Shown: piece after piece, positions 19,700 to 27,088 of the stretch
How positions within the stretch are numbered: the first letter of the stretch is position 1
Layout: the number at the start of each line of letters is the position of its first letter
Assembly: GCA_032654565.1 (NCBI GenBank)
Contig: JAULAX010000010.1
Coordinates: 160,001-224,000 of the forward strand
From: Anaeromyxobacteraceae bacterium
GTDB taxonomy: Bacteria > Myxococcota > Myxococcia > Myxococcales > Anaeromyxobacteraceae
DNA length: 64,000 nucleotides
Reading direction: 5' to 3'
The notes under the pieces: generated by a model
The model's input: the letters and a program-made list of their open reading frames with translations, nothing else
Told to the model about the DNA's origin: nothing
The model's database searches: none
Program-made: the position numbers and the translations under genes

Positions 19700-22600
19700 A
19701 TGTACAAGATCGTCCGCCGCGAGGCCTTCTCCGACACGACCTTCCTCTGGGATGTCCACGCCCCCGACGTGGCCAAGGCCGCTGAACCAGGGCACTTCGT
19801 GATGCTGCGCCTCGGCACCGGCGCCGAGCGCATCCCGCTCACGGTCGCCGACTTCGACCGGGAGAAGGGGACCATCACCATGGTCATCCAGGCGCTCGGC
19901 AAGACCACCCGCCAGATGATGACCGACTACAAGGAGGGGGACGAGTTCGAGGACTTCGTCGGCCCGCTCGGCCTGCCCCAGCACATCGGCAAGGTCGGCC
20001 ACGTGGTGCTGGTGGGCGGCGGCCTCGGCGTCGCCCCGGTCTTCCCGCAGCTGCGCGCCTTCAAGGCGGCCGGCAACCGGGTCACCGGCATCATCGGCTT
20101 CCGGAACAAGGACCTGGTCTTCTGGGAGAAGAAGTTCGCCGAGTACTGCGACGACCTGATCGTCTGCACCGACGACGGCAGCTACGGCAAGCCCGGCTTC
20201 GTCACCCAGGCCTTGAAGGAGCTCTGCGAGAAGGACAAGCCGGACCTGGCCGTGGCCATCGGCCCACTGCCCATGATGAACGCCTGCGTCGAGACCACCC
20301 GGCCCTTCGCGGTGAAGACCATGGTGTCGCTCAACGCCATCATGGTGGACGGCACCGGCATGTGCGGCTCCTGCCGCGTCACCGTGGGCAAGGAGGTGCG
20401 GTTCGCCTGCGTCGACGGCCCCGACTTCGACGGCCACCAGGTCGACTTCAAGGAGCTGCTGGCGCGCCAGCGCCGCTTCAAGATCCAGGAGACCGCGGCC
20501 ACCGAGGACTACGCCCACGTCTGCAACCTGGAGAAGCAGCTCTTCCAGGAGCAGAAGCGCAACTACAAGAAGATCAAGGAGCTGACGCCCCACCAGGCCA
20601 AGATGCCGGAGCGCGACCACGTGGAGCGCGCCCGCAACTTCAAGGAGGTCAACCTGGGGTACTCCATCCAGGACGCCCTCCTCGAGGCCGAGCGTTGCAT
20701 CCAGTGCTCCAAGCCGACCTGCATCGCCGGCTGTCCGGTGGCCATCGACATCCCGCGCTTCATCCGCCACCTGGTGGTGCGCGACATCGACGGCGCCCTC
20801 GAGGTCATCAACGAGGCCTCGATCTTCCCCTCGGTCTGCGGCCGGGTCTGCCCCCAGGAGACCCAGTGCGAGGCCCAGTGCATCATCGCCAAGAAGGTCG
20901 AGTCGGTCGGCATCGGCCGGCTGGAGCGCTTCGTCGGTGACAACGCCCGGCCCAAGCCGGTGGTCCCGCCGGTCTTCGCCGCCGGCGACAAGCTCGGCCG
21001 GGTGGCGGTCTGCGGCTCCGGCCCGGCCGGCCTGGCGGTGGCCGCCGATCTGGTCAAGTTCGGCTGCGACGTGACGGTCTACGAGGCCCTCCACGTGGTC
21101 GGCGGGGTGCTCCGCTACGGCATTCCCTCCTTCCGCCTGCCCCGCGAGATCATCGACCGCGAGGTGAAGCGGCTCACCGACCTGGGCGTGAAGATCGAGA
21201 CCAACAAGGTCATCGGCAAGACCTTCACGGTGCCCCAGCTGATGGGCGAGAAGGGCTACGACGCCGTCTTCCTCGGCGTCGGCGCCGGCGCCCCGGCCTT
21301 CCTCGGCATCCCCGGTGAGTTCGCCGGCCAGGTCTACTCGGCCAACGAGTTCCTCACCCGCGTCAACCTCATGGGCGGCGACCAGTTCCCGCTGCAGGAC
21401 ACCCCGGTCTCCATCGGCTCCAGCGCCGTGGTCATCGGCGCCGGCAACACCGCCATGGACTGCCTGCGGGTGGCCAAGCGGCTCGGCACCGCCACCGTCC
21501 GCTGCGTCTACCGGCGCACCGAGGCCGAGGCCCCGGCCCGCATCGAGGAGATCCGCCACGCCAAGGAGGAGGGGATCGAGTTCTTCTTCCTCCACTCGCC
21601 GGTGGAGATCTACGTCGACCCCGACGGCAACGTGAAGGGGATGAAGGTCGAGGAGATGGTGCTGGGCGACCCGGACGAGAAGGGGCGCCGCAAGCCCATC
21701 GCCACCGGCAAGTTCAAGGACCTCGAGTGCGACACCGTCATCTACGCCCTCGGCACCAAGGCCAACCCGGTCATCACCCAGTCCACCCCCGGGCTGACCC
21801 TCAACAAGTGGGGCAACATCGTCGCCGACGACGGCAAGACCCAGTGCACCTCCCTGCCCGGGGTCTTCGCCGGCGGTGACATCGTCACCGGCGGCGCCAC
21901 GGTGATCCTCGCCATGGGGGCCGGGCGCCGGGCGGCCCGCTCCATCGGCGCCTACCTCAAGGGCAAGAAGGCGAAGTGGCCCATGACCGAGGACGACATG
22001 GCCACCTTCACGCCGCCCACCGCGCTGGGCCAGGCCGGCGCCGCCGGCGCCTCGTCGACCCCGGCCGCCGCCGGCGCCGCCAAGCTCTGCCCCAAGTGCC
22101 GGCAGCCGCTCGAGGGCGAGGAGGAGTACGTCTGCTGCGCCACCTCCAAGCTCACCTGGAAGTGCCAGGACTGCGCCAAGGTCAGCGAGGGCTTCGCCTT
22201 CCCCTACGGGATGTGCCCCTCCTGCGGCGGCAAGCTCAAGGTGGCCGATCCGGCCAAGGTGGCCGACGCCGCCGCGCTCGAGGCCGTCCGCATCGCCTTC
22301 GAGATCGAGCTGGGAGGCATGGCCTTCTACGGCCGCGCCGCCCAGGAGGCCACCGACCCCATGCTCCGCGACCTCTTCGGCCGCTTCGCCGAGATGGAGA
22401 AGGAGCACATGGCGACGCTGTCACGCCGCTACCACGTGCAGGTGCCGGCCGCCGGTGACTTCAAGGTCGACCGGGCCGCCATCTACGCCGGCATCCCCAA
22501 CCGCCCCGAGGACCCGGCCAACCTCTTCCGCATCGCCATCGCCTTCGAGGAGCGGGCGGTGAAGTTCTTCACCGAGCGCGGCGTCGCGGTGGCCGCGGGC

Positions 22601-22711
22601 ACGCCCGAGCAGCTGCTCTACAAGGAGCTGGCCGCCGAGGAGCAGGAGCACGTCGACCTGCTCACCACCGAGCTGAAGCGCTGGCAGGCGGGCAAGCCCG
22701 GGCTCATGTAG
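19700..22711 (+). CDS. Fused NfnA-NfnB (GltD-like) flavin/Fe-S oxidoreductase with C-terminal zinc-ribbon and rubrerythrin/ferritin-like domains
   Basis: GGAGG RBS. ERIPLTVAD, GPLG, VGGGLGVAP and MVDGTGMCGSCRV...CVDGP (NfnA). CIQC..CIAGCP, CGRVCPQETQCEAQC, GSGPAGL, YGIPSFRLP, GAGNTAMD and FAGGD (NfnB). Then CPKC, CC, CQDC and CPSC, and two E...ExxH helical pairs. Confidence 0.88.
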   Translation: MYKIVRREAFSDTTFLWDVHAPDVAKAAEPGHFVMLRLGTGAERIPLTVADFDREKGTITMVIQALGKTTRQMMTDYKEGDEFEDFVGPLGLPQHIGKVGHVVLVGGGLGVAPVFPQLRAFKAAGNRVTGIIGFRNKDLVFWEKKFAEYCDDLIVCTDDGSYGKPGFVTQALKELCEKDKPDLAVAIGPLPMMNACVETTRPFAVKTMVSLNAIMVDGTGMCGSCRVTVGKEVRFACVDGPDFDGHQVDFKELLARQRRFKIQETAATEDYAHVCNLEKQLFQEQKRNYKKIKELTPHQAKMPERDHVERARNFKEVNLGYSIQDALLEAERCIQCSKPTCIAGCPVAIDIPRFIRHLVVRDIDGALEVINEASIFPSVCGRVCPQETQCEAQCIIAKKVESVGIGRLERFVGDNARPKPVVPPVFAAGDKLGRVAVCGSGPAGLAVAADLVKFGCDVTVYEALHVVGGVLRYGIPSFRLPREIIDREVKRLTDLGVKIETNKVIGKTFTVPQLMGEKGYDAVFLGVGAGAPAFLGIPGEFAGQVYSANEFLTRVNLMGGDQFPLQDTPVSIGSSAVVIGAGNTAMDCLRVAKRLGTATVRCVYRRTEAEAPARIEEIRHAKEEGIEFFFLHSPVEIYVDPDGNVKGMKVEEMVLGDPDEKGRRKPIATGKFKDLECDTVIYALGTKANPVITQSTPGLTLNKWGNIVADDGKTQCTSLPGVFAGGDIVTGGATVILAMGAGRRAARSIGAYLKGKKAKWPMTEDDMATFTPPTALGQAGAAGASSTPAAAGAAKLCPKCRQPLEGEEEYVCCATSKLTWKCQDCAKVSEGFAFPYGMCPSCGGKLKVADPAKVADAAALEAVRIAFEIELGGMAFYGRAAQEATDPMLRDLFGRFAEMEKEHMATLSRRYHVQVPAAGDFKVDRAAIYAGIPNRPEDPANLFRIAIAFEERAVKFFTERGVAVAAGTPEQLLYKELAAEEQEHVDLLTTELKRWQAGKPGLM

Positions 22712-22740
22712 ATCGGGCGGCGCTCGCGCCGCCCGGAATG

Positions 22741-22782
22741 GAGAGAGGTCCGTTCCTCGAGGAGCGGACCCCTTCTCGTTTT
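22741..22782 (+). terminator. Rho-independent terminator
   Basis: Stem GAGAGAGGTCCGTTCC-tcga-GGAGCGGACCCCTTCTC followed by GTTTT, located between convergent genes. Confidence 0.7.
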
Positions 22783-22825
22783 CGCTGGTCGGGAAGCGGC
22801 GCGAACGCCGGCGGGCCGGCCCCGG

Positions 22826-23224
22826 TCAGCCGATCTCGACGGCGTTCGGGCTGTAGCAGGAGAGGGCCAGCAGGCTGGTCCGCTGCCACTTGCGCGCCGG
22901 GCTGGAGATGAAGCGCAGCCGGTACTGCTTGTCGCCGGCCGCCTGGATCTTCTGGATCCAGTAGATGAAGCTCTTGAAGCCGGAGGAGTTGCAGAACTCC
23001 AGCTCGGTGAAGTCGACGCGGACGTCCTTGGCCCCGGCCTTGAGCAGGTGGTCGTGGACCTGGTCGACGAACGGGTTGAGCACGCTGGCCGGGTTGACGG
23101 TGCTGATGGTGCCGCGGAACTGGACGCGGGCGCCCAGCGGCTCCACGTGCATGGTCGCCGAGTACTTCTCCTCGGAGACCTGGATGGTCGGGGCGCGGGC
23201 GCCGGGCGGGGACGGGTTAGCCAT
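22826..23224 (-). CDS. SiaC-like/STAS-like phospho-switch protein
   Basis: AGGAG RBS. VQFRGTI...NP...VRVDFTELEFCNSSGFKSF resembles the STAS/SiaC phosphorylation loop. Confidence 0.7.
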   Translation of the reverse strand: MANPSPPGARAPTIQVSEEKYSATMHVEPLGARVQFRGTISTVNPASVLNPFVDQVHDHLLKAGAKDVRVDFTELEFCNSSGFKSFIYWIQKIQAAGDKQYRLRFISSPARKWQRTSLLALSCYSPNAVEIG

Positions 23225-23738
23225 GTGTGACTCCTGGGATCTGGATCTGGGGCGCGCGCAGGCGGCCCCAGGCGAGGACGGTGATGCGGCTCCCCTCGCG
23301 GGTGATGGAGAGCTCGAGCTGGGCCTCGAAGCGGACACGCGCCAGGCCGAGCCCGCCGCGCTGGTTCATGGGGGCCTCGGCCATGGCCCGGAGATAGCTC
23401 TGCAGCGGGTCGGGCTCCTGGTTGATGCGATCGAGCCGGCCCTTGAAGTCCTGGAACTGCTCATCGGAGGCCGGGTTGGAGACGGCGATCTCGATCCGGT
23501 CGGCCGTCGGGTCGACCTGCAGGGTCAGGTCGACGCTCTCGCCGCCGGCGTGGGGGATGGCGTTCTGCATCAGCTCGTGGACCGCCAGCGCCACCTGCGC
23601 CTCCCGGCTCTGGCCCGGGCAGGCGCAGGAGCAGAAGGACTCGACGAACCTCCGGATCTCGTCGACGAAGACCCAGGGCGGCTTCATCCGCAGCATCAGG
23701 AAGATGGGGCGGTTGGTATCGATGGTTTCAGTTGTCAT
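23217..23738 (-). CDS. SiaB-like/RsbW-like GHKL Ser/Thr kinase
   Basis: N-box HELMQNAIPH, VSN in place of DxG, helical insert LDRINQ..LQSYLRAM, and G-box GGLGLARV. Confidence 0.72.
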   Translation of the reverse strand: MTTETIDTNRPIFLMLRMKPPWVFVDEIRRFVESFCSCACPGQSREAQVALAVHELMQNAIPHAGGESVDLTLQVDPTADRIEIAVSNPASDEQFQDFKGRLDRINQEPDPLQSYLRAMAEAPMNQRGGLGLARVRFEAQLELSITREGSRITVLAWGRLRAPQIQIPGVTHG

Positions 23739-25605
23739 CGGTCTTCCGTCTCAGGACCACCACGGTGATGTCGTCCGCCTGGGAGGCGGCAAACGCTTCC
23801 ACTTCGTTGAACACCCTGGTCAGGATCTCGGGGGCCGGGGCCGGCGCCTCGGCGCGCAGCAGGTCGGTGAGCCGGTCCTCGCCGAAGAGGGCCCCGGCGG
23901 CGTCCTGGGCCTCGACCACGCCGTCGGTGATGAAGCAGACGGCGTCGCCCGGGCCGAGCTGGAACTCGTAGGAGACGATCTGGGAGGAGAGGTCGGCGGT
24001 GAGCCCCACCCAGGGGCCGGCCGGCTCGACGACGTCGACCACGCCGCCGCGGCGGGAGATGAAGACGGGCTGGTGGGCGCCGGCGGCGAGGAAGCGCCCG
24101 CCGCCCATGTGCCGGGCCGCCATCAGGGTCAGGTAGTCGTCGCGCCCCATCCGCTGCCGGACGTTCTCGTGCACCACCCGGTTGACCGCCGAGACCACGT
24201 CGCGGGGGTCGCGGTTGGGGTCGTCGGCGATGGTCCCGTAGGCCGCCGCCTGGGCCATCATCATCACCAGCCCGGAGTTGATGCCGTGGCCGGAGACGTC
24301 GCCCACCAGCACCCAGAAGGTCTCGGGGAAGGCGAGGATGTCGTAGAGATCGCCGCCCACGTCCTCGGCCGGCTTCATCCGGGCCGCCACCTCGTAGCCG
24401 GGCACCGCCGGGCTGTTGGGGAGGATGGCGGTCTGGATGCGGTGGGCGATCTGCACTTCCTTGCGCAGCGCCTCGGTGCGCTGCAGCTCGACGTGGGAGC
24501 GGGCCACCTCGGCCACCATGGTGTTGAAGGAGCCGACCAGCGCCCCCAGCTCGTCGGCGTAGGTGCCGGGGATGCGGGTGGAGAGGTCGCCGTGGGCCAC
24601 CCGGGCCATCGACCCGGTCACCTCGGAGAGGGGGCGGGCCGCCGCCCGCAGCGCCCCGATGCTGACCAGCACGGCGCCGGCCATCACCGCCAGGAAGAGC
24701 AGGCCGAGCAGGAGGCGGAGCGAGCCCAGCTGGCCGAAGGCCGAGGCCTCCGGCTCCACCATCATCGCCGTCCAGCGCGGCGGGTTGGGCGACAGGTCGG
24801 TGCGCACCGAGAGCAGCGGGGCCATGCCGGGGCCGGCGGTGCGGGTCAGCACCCCCATGGCGGCCTGGGTCGCCACCACCGGCGCCACCAGGCTGGCGTC
24901 CAGCTCCGGCGGGACCAGCACCAGGGTGCGGGCGCCGTCGAAGACCACCGGCACCAGCTCGCCGTCGGCCCCGCCGATCTCCTCGAGCAGGCGCCTCATG
25001 GCGTTGGTGGAGACGGCCGCCACCACCGTCCCGACGATGTCGCTGGCGAAGTCGCGCACCGGCGAGGCCACCAGGATGACCGCCTCGTCCCCGCCCTCCC
25101 GGTCGAGCTGGGCCAGCGTCCCCAGCTCCACGGTGCCGGGGTCGTCGAGCAGCGCCTTCTCCACCACCCGCAGCTTGAGCGGACGGCCGTGCTGGGCGGT
25201 GAGGGCCACGCCGCGGCGCTCGCCCTGGGCGCCGGTGCGGACCCCGGCCAGCAGCGTCCCCTCCGGCCCGGTCAGGGCCACGGCCACGATCGAGCCGGCC
25301 TGGTCCTGGATGAGCCGGCGCAGGAAGTCCTCGGCGAACTTGGGGTCGCCGGAGTCGAGGGTGAGCTGCATGGCCTCGGCCTCCGACCAGGCCCGCACGG
25401 TGAGGGCGCGCTCCCGCTGGAAGCGCAGCACCGCCTCGTGGACCTCGCGGGAGCGGGCCTGGAGGTGGTCCTTGACCGCCGACTCGACCACGCCGCGGGC
25501 CACCCAGTCGAAGCCGAAGGCGGCCACCACCAGGGCCCCGGCCACCAGCGCCAGGGTGGCGGCCAGCAGCCGCAGCCGCAGCGAGTTGGTGATCCGCTCC
25601 AGCAC
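23728..25605 (-). CDS. Membrane PP2C (SpoIIE/RsbU/SiaA-like) phosphatase with a periplasmic sensor and a HAMP domain
   Basis: Two TM helices. HAMP PLSEV...GDLSTRI...DELGALVGSFNTMV. Catalytic motifs VGGDLYD, GDVSGHG, TDGVVEA and DDITVV. The GTG start overlaps the upstream stop. Confidence 0.9.
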   Translation of the reverse strand: MLERITNSLRLRLLAATLALVAGALVVAAFGFDWVARGVVESAVKDHLQARSREVHEAVLRFQRERALTVRAWSEAEAMQLTLDSGDPKFAEDFLRRLIQDQAGSIVAVALTGPEGTLLAGVRTGAQGERRGVALTAQHGRPLKLRVVEKALLDDPGTVELGTLAQLDREGGDEAVILVASPVRDFASDIVGTVVAAVSTNAMRRLLEEIGGADGELVPVVFDGARTLVLVPPELDASLVAPVVATQAAMGVLTRTAGPGMAPLLSVRTDLSPNPPRWTAMMVEPEASAFGQLGSLRLLLGLLFLAVMAGAVLVSIGALRAAARPLSEVTGSMARVAHGDLSTRIPGTYADELGALVGSFNTMVAEVARSHVELQRTEALRKEVQIAHRIQTAILPNSPAVPGYEVAARMKPAEDVGGDLYDILAFPETFWVLVGDVSGHGINSGLVMMMAQAAAYGTIADDPNRDPRDVVSAVNRVVHENVRQRMGRDDYLTLMAARHMGGGRFLAAGAHQPVFISRRGGVVDVVEPAGPWVGLTADLSSQIVSYEFQLGPGDAVCFITDGVVEAQDAAGALFGEDRLTDLLRAEAPAPAPEILTRVFNEVEAFAASQADDITVVVLRRKTDDN

Positions 25606-25940
25606 TACTTGGTGCCCTGCTTGGCCGAGTAGTACTTGAGGAACTCGTAGATGTCGGCGGCCTGCTCTTCGTTGATGCCGGAGTTGGGGCGGCGGATCAT
25701 CTTCTTCATGTAGCGCTTCCAGTCGGCGGCATCGAACCGGGAGTTGATGGGCCGGGCCACCGGGTGGCACTTGGCGCACTTGGTGGCGAAGACCGGGTAG
25801 CGCTTCTGCATGGCCGGCGGCCAGGAGGAGACGTCGATCCGGTCCGGGCCGTCGTCACGGGGGTCCCACTCCGCCTTGGCCGGATCCTTGGCTCCCAGGG
25901 CCAGCGCCGCCGCCAGCACCACTCCCAACGTGAAGGTCAT
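25605..25940 (-). CDS. Small exported monoheme cytochrome c
   Basis: Signal peptide, VFATKCAKCH, and WKRYMKKM (candidate distal Met). Start overlaps the upstream stop (TGATG). Confidence 0.85.
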   Translation of the reverse strand: MTFTLGVVLAAALALGAKDPAKAEWDPRDDGPDRIDVSSWPPAMQKRYPVFATKCAKCHPVARPINSRFDAADWKRYMKKMIRRPNSGINEEQAADIYEFLKYYSAKQGTK

Positions 25941-27088
25941 CAGAAGGCTCCCCCGAAACCGACGTGGCCCGACTGGAACACCACGAAGCTGGTCGGCTTC
26001 CAGTACTCGTACGACAGCTTGATGTAGATCCCCGAGGCGGGCGTGATCACGGTGCCGGCCGTGAACCGCTCGATGGCGCTGCTCGGGGTCATGGCCGCCA
26101 CCGAGCCGGGGAGCGGGACGCCCAGCCGCTCCAGCTTGTCGTAGCGGTAGACCATGGTGAGGTAGCGCCCCAGCGGGTGCTCCAGCTCCGCGTAGAAGCC
26201 CCGCTTGTCGAAGAAGGGGTCCACCAGGGTCCACTGGTAGCCGGTGGCGGCGGGGTCCAGGGCGGTGCGGCGCAGGGCGTACTCGCCGCGCAGCGTGGCC
26301 TTCCAGAGCTGGATGGAGAGGTCGACGCCGGCCACGTCGTACTGCAGCCGGGCGGCCCGGTCGTAGCGGCCGCCGGTGTAGCTGCCCCCCAGGCTGACGT
26401 CGCCGAGGGCGGCGCCGGGGTCGCTGGAGTAGGTGACGGTGATCCGCCCACCGTAGGATGGGACCTTGTTGTTGTCGGTGTAGGCCGAGCCGCGCAGCGC
26501 CATCCACTCCACGTCGTTGGTCCCCTTGAGGCCGGAGACGGCGTAGCCGGAGTACCAGATCTGCAGCAGGCTCCCCAGCCAGGCCTGGCCGTAGAGCATC
26601 AGGCCGGTGTCGACGTAGGGGAGCATGATGACGCCGGAGTTGAAGGAGGTCCGGTCGGCGTAGGCCATCCGCCCCATGTCGTAGATGAGCGGGGCCGAGG
26701 TGGTCTTGTGGCCGGACTGGTCGCCGCGGTTGCCGTACTCGCCGAAGGGGACGTTGAGCCGACCGATCTGCGCGTTGAACCAGGGCTTGGGCTGCCAGTC
26801 GAGCACCACGTGGTCCATCTCGATGCCGTGGCAGCTGATGCAGGCCTTGGCGGAGAAGGAGAGGGTGTCGTGGACGTCGACGCCGAAGCGCATCGAGGCG
26901 TCGATGGTGACCCCGCCCGGCGCCTTGACCTGGTCGCCGTCGCGCTGCTGCGTGGGGATGACCCAGCTGTCCACGTAGGCGGACCCGGAGAACTGCAGGC
27001 TGGGGGCGGCCACGGCGCGCGCCCCGCCCACCACGGCGGCGGCCACCGCCAACGCCGCGGCCAGGCGCGGGGCGCCTCGCTCAGTCAT
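25940..27088 (-). CDS. Putative outer-membrane beta-barrel (porin-like) protein containing a CxxCH motif
   Basis: Signal peptide, alternating aromatic-rich beta-strands, porin-like QIGRLNVPFG, C-terminal HVGFGGAF beta-signal, and KACISCHG. Confidence 0.75.
   Translation of the reverse strand: MTERGAPRLAAALAVAAAVVGGARAVAAPSLQFSGSAYVDSWVIPTQQRDGDQVKAPGGVTIDASMRFGVDVHDTLSFSAKACISCHGIEMDHVVLDWQPKPWFNAQIGRLNVPFGEYGNRGDQSGHKTTSAPLIYDMGRMAYADRTSFNSGVIMLPYVDTGLMLYGQAWLGSLLQIWYSGYAVSGLKGTNDVEWMALRGSAYTDNNKVPSYGGRITVTYSSDPGAALGDVSLGGSYTGGRYDRAARLQYDVAGVDLSIQLWKATLRGEYALRRTALDPAATGYQWTLVDPFFDKRGFYAELEHPLGRYLTMVYRYDKLERLGVPLPGSVAAMTPSSAIERFTAGTVITPASGIYIKLSYEYWKPTSFVVFQSGHVGFGGAF

Noticed and set aside
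19700..22711. Annotation as glutamate synthase small subunit (gltD)
   Set aside because: No gltB is nearby, and the N-terminal NfnA-type domain indicates the Nfn/Sud family.
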